In this document: positions 39,601-55,632 of the stretch, piece after piece
How the letters are laid out: the number at the start of each line of letters is the position of its first letter
Position numbering within the stretch: the first letter of the stretch is position 1
Assembly (NCBI GenBank): GCA_964016885.1
Contig: OZ024743.1
Span: 168,578,001 to 168,642,000, forward strand
Origin: Eledone cirrhosa
Lineage: Eukaryota
Direction of reading: 5' to 3'
Length of the DNA stretch: 64,000 nt
Position numbers and translations under genes: made by a program
Notes under the pieces: model-generated
Database searches by the model: none
What the model was told of the DNA's origin: nothing
What the model saw: only the letters and a program-made list of their open reading frames with translations

Positions 39601-39835
39601 CATGCATAATGCTTGATTGTTTATGGCTAAGTCTCCCAGGTAGGAGATTTTACTCATGTTAGTGAGATTCACTAGGCCTCTGACATTCAGCAGCAGCACT
39701 GGTGTGACTTTTGGGGTGCCAGCAATGGCTGTCGGTATGACACCTGGCCTGGTGTCAGCGGCGGCCACTCTGGGTCCCTTAATTGTGGTGGTCTCGAGTG
39801 GTGGTGTGAGTGACCCTGGCTCTGAAAACGATGCA
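36665..39835 (-). mobile_element. CR1/L2-group LINE ORF2 (APE + RT), decayed
   Basis: LLNVRGL, TETHL, GDFN; QHGFRPGRSCLTQL, YLDFGKAFDKVDH, YADD; 3' tail (TAAAAGAG)2. Confidence 0.88.
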
Positions 39836-39882
<47 letters not shown>

Positions 39883-39886
<4 letters not shown>

Positions 39887-40090
39887 ATTAAATAAATGGA
39901 AACTATATTTATAAAACCATATTTATTTCGTTATATATATTTCAGGGATATCATATTAACAATATGTTATGCCTTCTTCAGACAAAATACAATATAAATA
40001 TCATAAATATACTCCAAATACTTGTTGAGTGCTTTTATATCAGTTATAAATATTTACTCGCTGTTAACCCAACAATTTAAATATAACTTT

Positions 40091-40092
<2 letters not shown>
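39883..40092. mobile_element. Family D-related PLE end: minus arm with HHR, plus an inverted tail
   Basis: 39883-39990 matches 23823-23925; 39997-40050 matches the reverse complement of 23770-23830. Confidence 0.75.
39924..39989 (-). ncRNA. Type I hammerhead ribozyme, family D-related
   Basis: Reverse complement: tattttgt CTGAAGA agg..cct GAAA tatata TA acgaaata. Confidence 0.8.
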
Positions 40093-40136
<44 letters not shown>

Positions 40137-40148
40137 TATATATATATA

Positions 40149-40202
<54 letters not shown>

Positions 40203-40221
40203 CTATATATATATATATAGT

Positions 40222-40285
<64 letters not shown>

Positions 40286-40293
40286 TATATATA

Positions 40294-40398
<105 letters not shown>

Positions 40399-40431
40399 AC
40401 TATATATATATATATAGTTATATATATATAA

Positions 40432-40777
40432 TAAGCAAATGCGATGTATTTTCAGATGTTAAAGTCCTTTAATGATAATGTTGTGATATATATTTCAATG
40501 ACGACAGTGGTCACACGATTCCGTGTAGCCAGTACCGTGACATCTTCAGCATCTTATATAATAAGGTTACGTTCCCAAGGCAATTAAAGAAATCGACAAG
40601 GGATCCGTTCTCTCGTCGATTCAATTTAGATTGCCTTGGGAACGTAACCTTATTATGTAAGAAGCTCTCTGATGCTCTCACGTTACTGGGTACACGGAAT
40701 CGTGTGGCCATTGTTGTCATTGAAATATGTATCACAGCATTACCATTTGAATGTATTTCGCATGTTTTCATTCTATA

Positions 40778-40780
<3 letters not shown>
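40432..40780. mobile_element. Family E fold-back with an HHR-like motif
   Basis: Arms ~40475-40597 and 40615-40745; reverse complement CTGAAGA..GAAA tatata TC, weak stem I. Confidence 0.6.
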
Positions 40781-40849
<69 letters not shown>

Positions 40850-40898
40850 TATATATATGCACACACACACACACACACACACACGTATATATATATAT

Positions 40899-41090
40899 CT
40901 AGGGAGTGTAACTTGGAGTTACTACAGGTTCACCCGGGAGAGCACTCGATGTTTAGGTTCACTTCTGTGTTGAGGTATAGAGCTATAAAGAGTGTAATAT
41001 ATTGAAAGGATAACAAGGACGATTGGTAACTCCTTCATTATATAATTGTAATGAAGGAGTAACCAATCGTCCTTGCTATCCTTTCAATAT
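40899..41090 (-). mobile_element. Family F short fold-back with tail
   Basis: Arms ~40997-41043 and 41045-41090; flanked by (TA)n. Confidence 0.6.
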
Positions 41091-41112
41091 ATATATATAT
41101 AGCTATTTAAAC

Positions 41113-41821
<709 letters not shown>

Positions 41822-41836
41822 TATAAATATATATAC

Positions 41837-41929
<93 letters not shown>

Positions 41930-42132
41930 TATATATATACAAATATTTACATAAATATATAAATATATATATATATATATTTTACATATATAAATAAATA
42001 TATATATATATATATAAATATATATACACATATATACATATATATATAAATATATATATACATATATAGATACATATATATATATATACATATATATAAA
42101 TATATATACATATATATATACATACACACACA

Positions 42133-45100
42133 TTCATAGTAATAAAAAATTTACGGTATTATTTATAGTTATGTATACACTATATACAACTATAAACAGA
42201 AAAGGTCATTAATACATTCCTACCTTATTAGCCTTAAGAAAAATACCCCAATGTAAATACATCAGATGCTTTACAGAGCAGGAATATAAATTACACAATA
42301 ATCAAAGCTATGTTCAAATCATTTTATTGCTGACAATCGTTTCTTCCAAACTTTCGTTTGGAATCATCGGGTCACTAGCAATGTTTGTACATATAATTAA
42401 CCTCCTATTCAACTGAACAATCATATAGATACTTGGATATTAATGTTGTCAACAACAGTTTCGTATTTATGGAGTGGAATGAATGCGACATAAATTACAA
42501 GTGCAAATGCGTTAGGCATATACAGGAAGGAAACAAGCAATGGTACTAGGCATATATAATTACTGCATGACAAAGGTATCACATAAAATAACATAAGTTT
42601 ACAAGCATATCAAGCAGGCAAAGATGTTTGTGTATTAAAATTATGAGTTTATGGCGGATGTAGTGTGATGATTGTTTCTGTAATGTTCAAATGTGTGTGT
42701 TGAGAGTTATTGCTATCTTTTCCATTACATTGGTTATATTTTATTTTAGTGAATGTTTTTATTTTTTTACAGCTATGGATTGTATATTGGTCCTATGATA
42801 TTGTTATCCAGGGTTCGAATTTTTGTGGAGTGATTCTTCTAAGGGTTTAATTTCCGGAAGTGAGTTTGAGATCTATATTAAGGGAGCTAATGCGAAAGGG
42901 GTGGGGAAGTATAACTAGCGATTAAATTGTATATGATAGAAGAAAGTAAAAACAATGGAAAAAATGTATAGTGGTTTACAGCTCTAATTAGTTAAACGCT
43001 TTGTGCTAATATACATTATATTGTGTTACAAGTGAATCCCTTTTATATAATGCTATTTCTTCATATTTAATTTTAAAACAATTTATTTTCCTATAATACA
43101 TTAAATGTCTCATTATAATGTTATCTATCCATTACTGAATAAAGTATAAGTAAGCTATAGAAAAAATGTATAGTTGTTTACAGGTCCAATTAGTTAAATC
43201 TCTTGTATTATTGTCAGTATCGGTAGAGGGTCAGACGCCATGCTTTGAAGCATAGAGTTACGTCCCTTTATGTGCTGAGTTCAAATCTTGCCGAGGTTAA
43301 CTTTGCCTTTCATCGTTACGGGGTCGATAAAATATAGTACCAGTAATGTACTTGGTAATTGCTGGCCTTGTGCCAAAAGTAGAAACAATTATATATAATG
43401 CTATTAATTTATACATTTAATTATAAATATAATTTATTTTCCGATAACACATTAAGTGTCTCATCATATTATTATCTATCCATTACTAAATATAATATAA
43501 GCAAGCTATAGTGGTTATAATTAAATGCTGTTAATTTTATGTTTATTCCTAATAGTTATTGTAGAGTATAAGGTTTGAGATAAATAGGAGTTATGTAGAG
43601 GGATGAGCTGATCATAGAGAGTGATGCTGGGGGGGGGGGGTAATTATATGCTGATAAGATCTAGAGGTGAAGTGTTAATGGTGGTGAGGAATTCAGATCT
43701 GACATTGTTATATACTAGCAGCTAGGTTTAAAGCTATGGAAAGAGTGTCGGTGGTAGTGCTGGCACATGGAAAAAATCTCTGATTTTCTATTTAGGAGGT
43801 CTAGTTTAGAATAGATTATAGTGCGAGTCTCTAGAAGACAGAGGTTACATAATTTATTCGGTGGTTTATACGATGCGGCCCTATCTATTACTTCCCATTG
43901 AAGTGTATATGGTCTATTCCTAGTTTTCAGTATGTACTTAGATAAAGAAGTGGAGTTGGCTAGATTGCGAATTTTGAAAATGTGGAGATACGAGTTATAT
44001 CTCGTGTTGAAGCAGTTCGAAGTTGAACCGATATATGCTTAAGAAGAGTTGTTTGTGTTGACCGTGCTTGAGTAAATGATGTTTTTGATTAAGCAATTTT
44101 TACCTAAGGGGTAAGTTCTATTTGTTTTACAGTTATTCTGGTTGTTTGCTTGCTGATTACTATGTTGTGTCGATGCCTGGTTGTTAGGGATAGCATTAGG
44201 GTAATGATGGTTATTGTTCTCATTGTTATTAATTTCATTAGTGCTATTATCATTATTATTATTGCTAATAGAATGTTCTGGTACTATGTTGCTCTGTAAG
44301 TTTACCACCTGTTGTGATTTAATTAGTTGGAAATAATTATTAATCTTCCTTTTATTACTACTAGCTATATGGTATGCGATGTTAGGTGTGGTAGAGTAAG
44401 AGATTTTAATGGTATTTTTAGTGATAAGAATATGGCATTTTGTGGCCGGCTGGGAAATTTTTTTCCAGGATTAAGAAGAAAGCCTTAGGTAAGTTGGTAG
44501 AGACGTTTAGATTGAAAGGGGGATTGAAGAATGTATTAGTTCTTCTATTTTTGTTTTTTGTAATGTTATTTGAGGTATTGTTTATATTTCTATTTATATT
44601 ATTATTGTGGTGTTTATTCTGGTGCGAGTTAAGTTTGATATTACCCTTCGTATTAGAGTTAGAGTGGCTAGTATTTTTATTATTTTTCCTCATGGCCATA
44701 TTGTGAGAGATAATGTAGTAACTAGGTGATTTTATAGGTAGAAATTTAATCCCATTTTTATGGCCTGATTTAGCTAAGGCCTCATTATAGTAATGGGAAT
44801 TATTGTTAAATATGGTTTCATTATATTAGAAATTCGTTTATCGTTTGGTTTATAAACGGGTGTATATATTTTAGAGTCCAGGTAAAGGGTAGAATCAAGG
44901 AAGTTAACGTTTTTAGTGTTTTTATCTAAGGTGATACCTAAGTTGAATTTTTGAAAATTTCATGTAATTTTTCCCTAGTTCTTTCTATATTAAATTTTTA
45001 TAGTCAATAAGAAGTAGTGCATCATCGCGGTATAAACCACCATCGAGGTAGGGTAGGTTCTTATGAATTTTATTTAAGAGATATAGGCCGACCAGATCGG

Positions 45101-46758
45101 TGACCTGCGCCGAGTCACTAGATCCCATAGTTATGTTAAAGTTGTTATGTGTATCCTTGCGGGTCCATAATTGATCTTCAAAAGTAATTATAGTTTTTCG
45201 GGCCGCAAGGATGACATCAATTTGGGATCTAGTAAGGTCACTATTGTTCGTAGCCATAATTAATGCCTTATTTAATAGGATAGTGGAAATAGAGTTGTAG
45301 TATGAATTAATATCAAATTGTATAATTTTTTTAATTTTTATTCTCTTTAATATCAGTGAACCATTCAATAACTTCACCAGTATTGCCCCACTGGTTAAGA
45401 TATATTTTATGCTTAAATTGTGGGATGATTCTATCTAATATTTTCTTGCTGATAATTCCAATGTCAGATTTGGAAGGGCAAATTAGTCTTATAGAAGAGT
45501 TACTATTAAAGTCTTCCTTATGGTCTTTCAGAGAGAATCTTGGGGTGGGTTAGGGGTTGTATGGCTGTGTATGTGTCTGAAGTCCTAATTTACACACTAT
45601 ACTATAGCCTTCTATATTTATATCATCTAGGTTTTTAATAGTGGTTTTCTTATAGCTCATATGTAGTTCTTTACATATCGTAATCCAGGCTATGTATATT
45701 GGACCTGTAAACAACTATACATTTTTCTATAGCTTACTTATTCAGTAATGGATAGATAACAATATAATGAGACCTTTAATGTATTATAGCAAAATAGATT
45801 GTATTTAAAATTAAATATAAACAAATAGCATTATATAAAAGGGATTCACTTGTAACACAATATAATGTATATTAGCACAAATAATTTAACTAATTGGAGC
45901 TGTAAACAACTATACATTTCTGACATTGTTTCTACTTTCTTCTATCATATACAATTTAATCGCAAGTTACCTCCCTTTTCGCATTAGCTCCTCTTAATAT
46001 AGATCTCAAACTCACTTCCGGAAATTAAACCGTTAGAAGAATCTCTCCACAACAACTCGAACCCTGGATATCAATATAATAGGACCAATATACAATCCAT
46101 AGATGTAACTAAGTAAAAACATTCACTAAAATAAAATATAACCATTGTAATGGAAAATATAGCAATAACATTGATACTCTCAACACACACATTTGAACAT
46201 TACAGAAACAATCATCACACTACATCCACCGTAAACTCATAATTTTAATACACAAACATCTTTGCCTGCTTGATATGCTTGTAAACCTATGTTATTTTAT
46301 GTGATACCTTTGCCATGCAGTAATTATGTATGCCTAGTACCATTGCTTGTTTCCTTCCTGTATATGCCTAACGCATTTGCACTCTCTATACGCTTGCATA
46401 TGTACTGCTAGTGTCCTCGTTTTACGAGTAACTTTCTACCTTAATGCCTCTTTAATAATTATAATATTCCCTTGTAATCTTTGTCGCATGCATTCCACTC
46501 TGTGCCTTTTTAATTTTTTATTTTAATTATTGTACAATTCTCTTGTAATCTATGTCGCATCCATTCCACTCTGTAAATACGAAACTGTTGTTGACAACAT
46601 TAATATCCAAGTATCTATATGATTGTTCAGTTGAATAGGAGGTTAATTATATGTACAAACAATGCTAGTGCTCCGATGATCCCAAACGAATGTTTGGAAG
46701 AAACGATTGTCAGCAATAAAATGATTTGAACATAGCTTTGACTATTGTGTAATCTATA
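42133..46758 (-). mobile_element. Family G PLE (decayed RT GLYRDD + GIY-YIG, ~43750-45660) with a ~1-kb inverted pLTR
   Basis: Arms ~42285-43190 and 45698-46758; SINE at 43210-43390. Confidence 0.9.
46669..46715 (+). ncRNA. Hammerhead ribozyme, U4C variant, family G (mirror copy 42328-42374, -)
   Basis: tgct CCGATGA tcccaaac-gaat-gtttggaa GAAA cgattg TC agca. Confidence 0.75.
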
Positions 46759-46761
46759 TAT

Positions 46762-46810
<49 letters not shown>

Positions 46811-46819
46811 CATATATAC

Positions 46820-46852
<33 letters not shown>

Positions 46853-46869
46853 CATATATATGTATGTAT

Positions 46870-46912
<43 letters not shown>

Positions 46913-46969
46913 TACATATATATATATGTACATACATATATATATATATACAAATATATATATATATAC

Positions 46970-47014
<45 letters not shown>

Positions 47015-47017
47015 TAC

Positions 47018-47048
<31 letters not shown>

Positions 47049-47089
47049 CATATATACATATATATATATATATACATATATACATATAT

Positions 47090-47201
<112 letters not shown>

Positions 47202-47225
47202 GTTATCCCATATACGTATATATGC

Positions 47226-47296
<71 letters not shown>

Positions 47297-47320
47297 CATA
47301 TATACGTATATGGGATAACA

Positions 47321-48470
47321 AGTTATGGTTTTATGAAGAACTGTAGATTAGAGAACTCAACATCGCTGGCCAATAAAATCTACCAGCTCAAGGACACAAA
47401 CCAGGAATATGGGATTAGCTGCTCGAAATTATCGGGAGCAAGGGCCTACGACAATGGAATGTCCGTCCCACTGCGATCTTTGCAATATGGAGCCGTTCCA
47501 TATTTTAAAGTATGATAAAATGCTGCTTAACAGCAAAGTTGAATGATCAATTTTCTGTAGGCACAAAGCAGCTTCCAAGTTTGCAAATTTCAAACCAACA
47601 TGATTCGATCCAGCAATTTCAGAATTCAAGCAGAACCACCCGGATTTTAATGTACTGACTACATACCACCCCACTGTTATTAACTGTCAACTGACCAACT
47701 AGTCACTAAATCAACATCATAAATCTCATAACCTCTCTTTCATTCTCTCACCCTAAAGCCCCCCCCCCCCCATTAAGATGAGACAATTAGCTTGCTAGAC
47801 ATTTACCACACATATATCAAAACTCTCCCTCTCAACTTTTATTCTCTATCTACCTATCTGGTCCTTCCCCGTCCTTAGCCCTATCCCTTATGTCTCATCA
47901 TCGTATCACCACCCCCACTCTCTGTCTCCTGTCCTGTATCTCTTCCCCTCTCAACTTAATCTTTAATTTATTAATTTTTATCTGTTATTTGTTACTATTT
48001 TTTATTTCCTACTCTAACCCTCTGAGATTTGACCACTATATATGTATGTATTTAATGTTTCTTTTCCTGTTAGTATTATCTCTACCCTCATCACGTCTTT
48101 ACACATACACTTACTCACCACTGTAACTTTAATCACCAATATTATCAGCAACCGTATTCTGTACTTATTATTCTTTTACTTATTTTTTGCATCTTTATCA
48201 TCTTCATTCTAACTTCTTTATTATTATATTATATTATTGATGATATTTTTTTGATTCTCCGTTGTATCTATAAATTCCAATACCATATGTAAAACCTCCC
48301 GTACTCCGATGATTTGATCAGAGGTAAACATTGTATTTAAGATCGAGTGACGCAACTTCGAGTGATTAGCGGCCTTTAGACTCACCTGATCAATGAAACA
48401 ATTGTTAATACTAGAAATAAAACCCTTTTTGTACAGCCGACCATGTTATTCTTCAATCTTTCACTACATA
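47321..48470 (+). mobile_element. Family L PLE: GIY-YIG C-terminal fragment and 3' UTR
   Basis: [25 protein letters not shown]. Confidence 0.75.
48301..48411 (+). ncRNA. Hammerhead ribozyme with extended stem II
   Basis: gtact CCGATGA t-ttgatcag..(~64 nt)..ctgatcaa-t GAAA caattg TT aatac. Confidence 0.6.
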
Positions 48471-48495
48471 TATGCGTATATATACGTATATATAC

Positions 48496-48536
<41 letters not shown>

Positions 48537-48538
<2 letters not shown>

Positions 48539-48838
48539 GATAAAAAGATCGTTAAAAGAGTTCCAAGTATTTTATCATGCGCATTTCAAAAACAAATATT
48601 ATCATGGGATGATATCTACGTTCTCATCAGATAAAATAGGGATACACTTGTGAAAAATCCCTGGTGAAAAAACACTTGTGAATAGTGAAGTTTTAAATCA
48701 ACATATGAAAAATAAATTAAGATTTATGTATGAGATTGGTAAAAAGTGAGGGCGGTGGAAAAGGTAAGGAAGAGGAGGAGATGAGAGTAAAGATTGGTGA
48801 GGGAGGAGTATAAGAAGGAAGGATGAGAGAGGAGTGAT

Positions 48839-48916
<78 letters not shown>

Positions 48917-50443
48917 GAGAGAGAGATAGCCTTTACAACTGAGAAAAAGTATATATTGTCTCACAGAGAGAAATTAAAAAACCGTTGGAAGATAATAGAT
49001 AATTTAAAAGAATTTGAAATTAAAAGTTAATGAGGTTTATGCATGAAGAGAAAGGGGAATTAAGAATAATATTAAATTAAGGTTTGTATATTGGAGGGTT
49101 TACTAATATGTGCGAGGAAAAGAAATTATTAATATGTATTATTAAAATAATAATATTAATGTTATTAAGGATATAATGTGAAAAGAAGGAGAAGAATGAA
49201 TGAGTTATGAATTTAGAGGAATTAGTTAGGGTTTAAGTTTGGTGTGTACTTAATATGTGTACGTAAATAGCTTGTTTAAAAATGAGCGCAGAAGGCAAAG
49301 AAGAAAAGAATGTTTAAGGAAGAAAATATCTAGCATCAAAAAATATATGTTTACGAAATATTTTCTAATGGTAATAATATAATATATTAAAAGAAATTAG
49401 TTACGGTTTAAGTTTATTTTTATGTATTGTAATATGTAAAAGTCAAATTAAGTATTAGTTTAAAATGAGCATGAAAGGATGGATAAGATAAGAGAAATTT
49501 AAGGAAGAAAAAATCTAACTTCAAAAAAATTATATGTTTACGAAGGACTTCTAATGGTAATACTATAATGTATTTAAAAAATAATAATTTTTATGGCCAA
49601 TGATATGAGGAAAGATGGAAGAATGGATAATTTTGTGGGGAGTAATAATAAGAATTGAGAAGTAGTTAGGAAGAAAAGGTACAGATTAGAGGTTAGATAT
49701 TAAAAAGAAAAGAGGAAGAAAGGAAAATGATAAAGGGGAATGATATAGAATGAGTAAATTGTATTATATAATATATAATAAATAATATTGAAATAAGATG
49801 AGTATATTTGTAAAAGATATATAAGCCTTTGAGAAAAAGGATTTTAAACTAGTAAGGTATTAGATATTAGCAGTATACTTTAAGGAATGTTATGTGGAAT
49901 TTATGCAAGCAGAGAGAAAATAAATCCGTGTGTCTATTTATTATAGAATTGAAATTAGATATAATGGTAAATTTTTCATCTAGGTAGAGATTACATGTTC
50001 TGGATAGGGAGGAATTCAAGTAAGGAAAAGCAGAACAAACTTTTCTCCAAGAGATGTTATAGTTAATATTTTTGTCTTTCAAGAACCATATGAGTTCCGA
50101 GACCACCGTGTTAGTTCTTTTAAGTTAGTATCTAAAAGACGAATTGTGATTATAAAATCTAGCTTTGAAGTAGGTGCAGGTGGAACCGAAATAGGTAAAG
50201 GAATTGGTATCAGTTATAACCTGACATTGATAGACTAAGTCATGTTACCCTTTTTTATCTGATGAGAATGCAGATATCATCCCATGATGATATTTGTTTT
50301 TGAAATGCGCATAATAAAATACTTGGAACTCTTTTAACCATCTTTTGATCTTATATTATTTATACTCCAGTCCTACAAACTGTAGAGTGCTACTTATCCG
50401 ATATTTGCATTGCTTTATTGTTCTACAATAAAACTCACCTCCT
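48537..50443 (-). mobile_element. Family H PLE (GIY-YIG fragment ~49867-50240) with inverted pLTR
   Basis: LVYQC..TYFGST..FKARF..H..CNL..E; arms ~48537-48650 and 50240-50352; tail to 50443. Confidence 0.85.
50253..50319 (+). ncRNA. Type I hammerhead ribozyme, family H (mirror copy 48570-48636, -)
   Basis: ttttat CTGATGA long stem II GAAA tgcgca TA ataaaa. Confidence 0.82.
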
Positions 50444-50508
<65 letters not shown>

Positions 50509-50599
50509 GGTGTGTATATATATATACACACATATATATATAACCAAAGATTAGTATTTGTTCATTTGACATTTGGAATAATATTATATATAAATATAT

Positions 50600-51167
50600 A
50601 TATGTTTTCAATAGAAAATCTGAACTCTGACACCCCCGCGAACTAGCCATATTCACTGAACCAGAACAATTCTCCCATCCCATTTCTCTTGACCATTCTT
50701 TTGCTTGTCATAAAATTCTCTAAAAGGCTACAAAATAAATTCCCAAATACGGGCGCGAAATTTAATGAACTTGTTCACGTGATAGCCATATTTCATTTAT
50801 AACCAATCAAATTACATTTTTAAAAAAAGCCTTCGTGAGCCCCTTTTTTTAAGTAAAAAGAAATTCAAACACTCATATATGAGAAAAATCCTGAGCCCCC
50901 CCCCCTTTGTTTGAAGAACTTTGTAACGCAAACTGGCGCGAAATTTATTATTACTTCTCTAAAAACCTGGCGTTTCGAGCCACTGTTTTCCATATAAAAC
51001 AAGTAACATTCAAAGACAAACCAGATGTGAGAAAAACCACAGACCCTCCATCTCAACTGTACTTTTGAAAAGCAGAAGAACTGCAAAACCTGTAAAGGAA
51101 CCAAATAAATATATATATATTTTTTAAAAATAAGACTTCAGTTACATTTTCGATTTCTTCTTTTTTT

Positions 51168-51170
<3 letters not shown>
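50600..51170 (+). mobile_element. Family I PLE 3' UTR fragment
   Basis: 51025-51170 matches 56061-56207. Confidence 0.65.
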
Positions 51171-51234
<64 letters not shown>

Positions 51235-51261
51235 GTATATACGTATATATATACATATACA

Positions 51262-51301
<40 letters not shown>

Positions 51302-51531
51302 AATATACATATATATATATAAAAATATACGTATATATATATATATATATATAGAAATATACGTGTATATATATACATATATACATATATATACATATAT
51401 ATATATATGTATATACATATATACATATATATATATGTATATACATATATACATATATACATATGTATATATAGATATGTATATGTATATATACAGTTGA
51501 AAATTGCAAACTCGACTGTCACCACATATCA

Positions 51532-51570
51532 TGAACCTGAAGATTGCGAAAGCATGAAAGTACTTGTTCA
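51532..51570 (+). ncRNA. Minimal hammerhead ribozyme in a short insert (~51494-51725) within (TA)n
   Basis: tgaac CTGAAGA ttgc-gaaa-gcat GAAA gtac TT gttca. Confidence 0.8.
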
Positions 51571-51805
51571 ATTAACACTTAGAATTTAACATTCTATCAT
51601 ACTATTTCATTATAATACCATATTATATATATTTTAAAGGATTGTAAATAAAACGAGTAAATCAGACAAAATTGGAATTCCTCTTATTAATATAATCTTC
51701 TATACACAATCATACACACCCGTGTATATTTACCTATCTATATCTATATACATATATATATATATATATACATATATACATATATATACAAATATACGTA
51801 TATAT

Positions 51806-54800
51806 ATAGAATTCACAAGAATCAAAGCTATGTTCAAAGCTTTTATTCACTTACAATTGTTTCATCCAAACCTAGGCTTGGAGTTTCGGAGAATTTTTTA
51901 ATGCTTGTACATATAACTGACCTCCTATCCAACGCAAGAGACATACAGATACATATATATATATATTGATGTACATTGGAGTGACATATATTATACTATA
52001 CTATATTTGTATAGCAATTCAAATTTAAAATCAAAATTAATATACATGCGGCAGATAACACAGATAATGCAAGAGCATAGTCCGATAATCAGATCTAGTA
52101 GATATTGTATGCATTAGTCATACATGGAGCATGCAAGTGTGTCTCATTTATATACGAGTATGGTGTGGCAAGGTATTACATGTAATACAAGCACTTTAAG
52201 CGAGTAAGCAAGAGTATTATGGTGGTTGTAGTGGGAGGGTATTTTTTGTAAAAATCAAAAAATTATGAGTGCAGAAAAAGAAAAAGAAAGTTATAGTTTT
52301 CGCATCCACCACCATTTTCACATTCAGAAAAAGGAAGTTATAGTTTTCACACCCATCACATATGTTACGATGAATTCGTATTGAATGTTTGATGTAGTAA
52401 ATGATTGTAACGTATTGAGGCTCAGTGTTATTTAATCCATATTTATAGAATAGGTTCTTTCTGCTGCGAGAATTTACAGCGGTTTATTATCCGGAAGTAG
52501 GTGTGTGATTAAGGGGAGTTAATGCGTAACGGGAGGTAACTAGCTTATTCTCATAACCAAATTCATTGTTCTAACCTACATTATATGGTGCCTCAATTGA
52601 GTCTAACCTACATTATATAAAAGGTTATATATTTATATTTAATTTTAAATACAGTCTACTCTATCATAATGTATTAAAGGTATCTATAAGAAGTTGATTA
52701 CTCCTCATTATATAGCGCTATAATTGAATTTCCCACACAAAGTGCTATATCTTTATATCAAAATTCACTGTAAATACAGTCTACGCTCAAAACATATCAA
52801 AGGACCAATTAGAATTTTGTCTACATAACAGTTGGTAAGCTATGGAGCAGCGTACGGCTGTTTGCATGATAAAATTAAATACATCTCTTGGGTAAACAAA
52901 TACATCCCTCATTTACAATGCCATTAATCTATCCATTAAGTTATGAATGCATATATAATTCATATATAATTCATTGCACCACACTACATATAAGTTAGAC
53001 AGATCCCTTATGTTAATAAATTAATCTATATATATTTAATGTTATTACTCAATACATTTAATTACAAATGCATATATAATTCATTGTTGTATCTAGTATT
53101 TAAAGTTTATATAAACTGTATTATATTTCAATCCCTATATAAGTAATTAAAAGTAATTATATTAAAAGTTGGTGTTTATGGGAATATTTCTAGGGTATAA
53201 AGTTAGAGATAGATAGAATGATTTGTGTCGAGGAAAGGGTGGATCAGGGAGTGTGGTGTAGTGGTGGAAGGCAAGTCTTTGAGGTGCGGTGTTAGAAGCA
53301 GTGATGAGTTCAAGTCTGACATTGTTATATATTAGGTTTAAGCTTTGGAAGGAGTGTCGGAAGCGGTGCTGGCGCGACGCAAACACTTCCGATTTTTTAT
53401 TAAGGAGGTTAAGGTTCGAAAAGATTATAGTATGGGTCTTTAGTAGACAGAGGTTACAGAATTTATTAGGTGGTTTGTACGATGCCGTCTTACCTATTAC
53501 TTCCCATTGAAGTGTATATGATCTATTTCTAGTTTTCAGATAGTGTATGTAGCTAGATAGTGAAGTGGAGTTGGCTAGACTGTGTTTTTTGAAAGAATGG
53601 AGATGTGAGTTGTATCTCGTTTTGAAGCAGTTCGAAGTAGAGCCTATATAGGTTTCAGAAGAGTTGCTAGTTCCGACCGTGCATGAGTAGATGATGTCCT
53701 TGATTAAGCAGTTTTTACCTAAAGGGCAGGTTCTATTAGATCTACAGTTACATTTATTTTGGATGTTAACCTGTCGGTTATTATGTTGTGTAGAAGTCTG
53801 GTTGCTAGGTATTGCATTATGGCTATGAAGATTGTCGCTCCTAATGCTATTGATTTCATTAGTGTTATTACTATTATTACTATTGATATCAGGGTTTATA
53901 GTTATTGCGTTGTTTTGAAAGTTTACCCCCTACTGTGTTTTAGTTTGTTGAAAGTAAGTATTAATCTTTCTTTTATTGCTACTAGCTATGTGGTATGCTA
54001 TGTTAGGCGTGGTAGAGTAGGAGATTTTAATGGTGTTTTTATTTATAAGACTATGGTATTTGTGGCCAGATGGGAAGTTTTTATCCAGGATTGAGAAGAA
54101 AGCCTTAGGTAGGTTGGTAGAGACGTTTAGATTGAAAGGGCGGTTGAAAAGTGTATTAGTTCTTCTATTTTTATTTTTTATATCTGTTGAGATGTTTCCT
54201 TTTATGGTATTTTGGTGTCTTCTCTGGTGCGAGTTACGTTTGTTGCTACCCTTCGTATTAGTGTGTGTGTGGTTATTACTCTTATTACTATTTTTCCTCA
54301 TGGACATATTGTGAGAAATAATGTTGTAACTATGTGTTTTTATACGTAGGAACTCAATCTCATTATTATGGCCTGATCTAGCTAATGCCTGATTATAGTA
54401 TTGTGAATTTTTGCTAAATATGGTTTCGTCATAAGATAGATTAGAGATTCTATTGGATAATCCTTTAGAGATAGAGTTTAATATTGATATAGGGTGGTTA
54501 GACTTGGTACCTACATAAATTAGTTTTTCGTTAGGTTTATGGAATGGTGTATATATTTTAGAGTCTAGGTAAAGGGTAGCATCAAGGAAGTTAACGTTTT
54601 TAGTGTTTTTGTCTATGGTTATAGTTTTCGAAAGTTTTATGTAATAGTTTCCTAGTTCTTTCTATATTAAATTGTTTATAGTCTATAAGGAGTAGTGCAT
54701 CATCGCGGTACAAACCACCGTTGAGGTATGGTAGTTCCTTATGGATTTCGTTTAGTAGGTATAAGCCCACCAAATCAGTGACCTGCGCCGAGTCACTAGA

Positions 54801-55428
54801 TCCCATAGTTATGTCAAAGTTGTTATGCGTATCCTTGAGGGTCCATAAATGATCTTCAAAAGTGATTACGGTTTTACGGGCCGCAAGTATGACATCAACC
54901 TGGGGTCTAATCAGGTCACTATTGTTCATGGCCATAGTTAGTGCCTTATTTAATAGGATAGGGGGAAATAGAGGTGTAGTATGAATTGATATCAAACTGA
55001 ATAATTTTTTTATTTTTGTTTTCTTTAATATCCTTAAACCATTCAATAACTTCCCCCGTAATTCCCCACTGTTTAATTTTGATTTTAAATTTGAATTGCT
55101 ATACAAATATAGTATAGTATAATATATATCACTCCACTGTACATCAATATATATGTATCTGTATGTCTCTTGCGTTGGTCAATTATATGTACAAGCATTA
55201 AAAATGCTCCGAAGACACCAAGCCTAGGTTTGGATGAAACAATTGTAAGTGAATAAATGCTTTGAACATAGCTTTGATTCTTGCGAATTCTATATAACTG
55301 CTCTGTAGAACAACCGATGTTCTTACATTGAGCTATTTATCTTACTGGTAATAAGGTAGTAATAAATTACTGACCTTCCCTGTTTATAGTTTAAAATATA
55401 CATAACTATAAATAGTATCCTTAATATT
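51806..55428 (-). mobile_element. Family G-prime PLE (decayed RT + GIY-YIG, ~53330-55065) with inverted pLTR and tail
   Basis: MGSSDSAQVTDLVG, GLYRDD, KISYSTT, CNCR..CPLGKNCL; arms ~51806-52040 and 55073-55295. Confidence 0.9.
55205..55251 (+). ncRNA. Hammerhead ribozyme, U4C variant, family G-prime
   Basis: tgct CCGAAGA ca-ccaagc-ctag-gtttgg-at GAAA caattg TA agtg. Confidence 0.65.
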
Positions 55429-55561
55429 ATATATATACATATATATATATATACATATATATACATATACAAATATACGTATATATATACATATATATAT
55501 GTATAATACATATATATATATATACATATATATACATATATACATATATATATATAGATAT

Positions 55562-55632
<71 letters not shown>

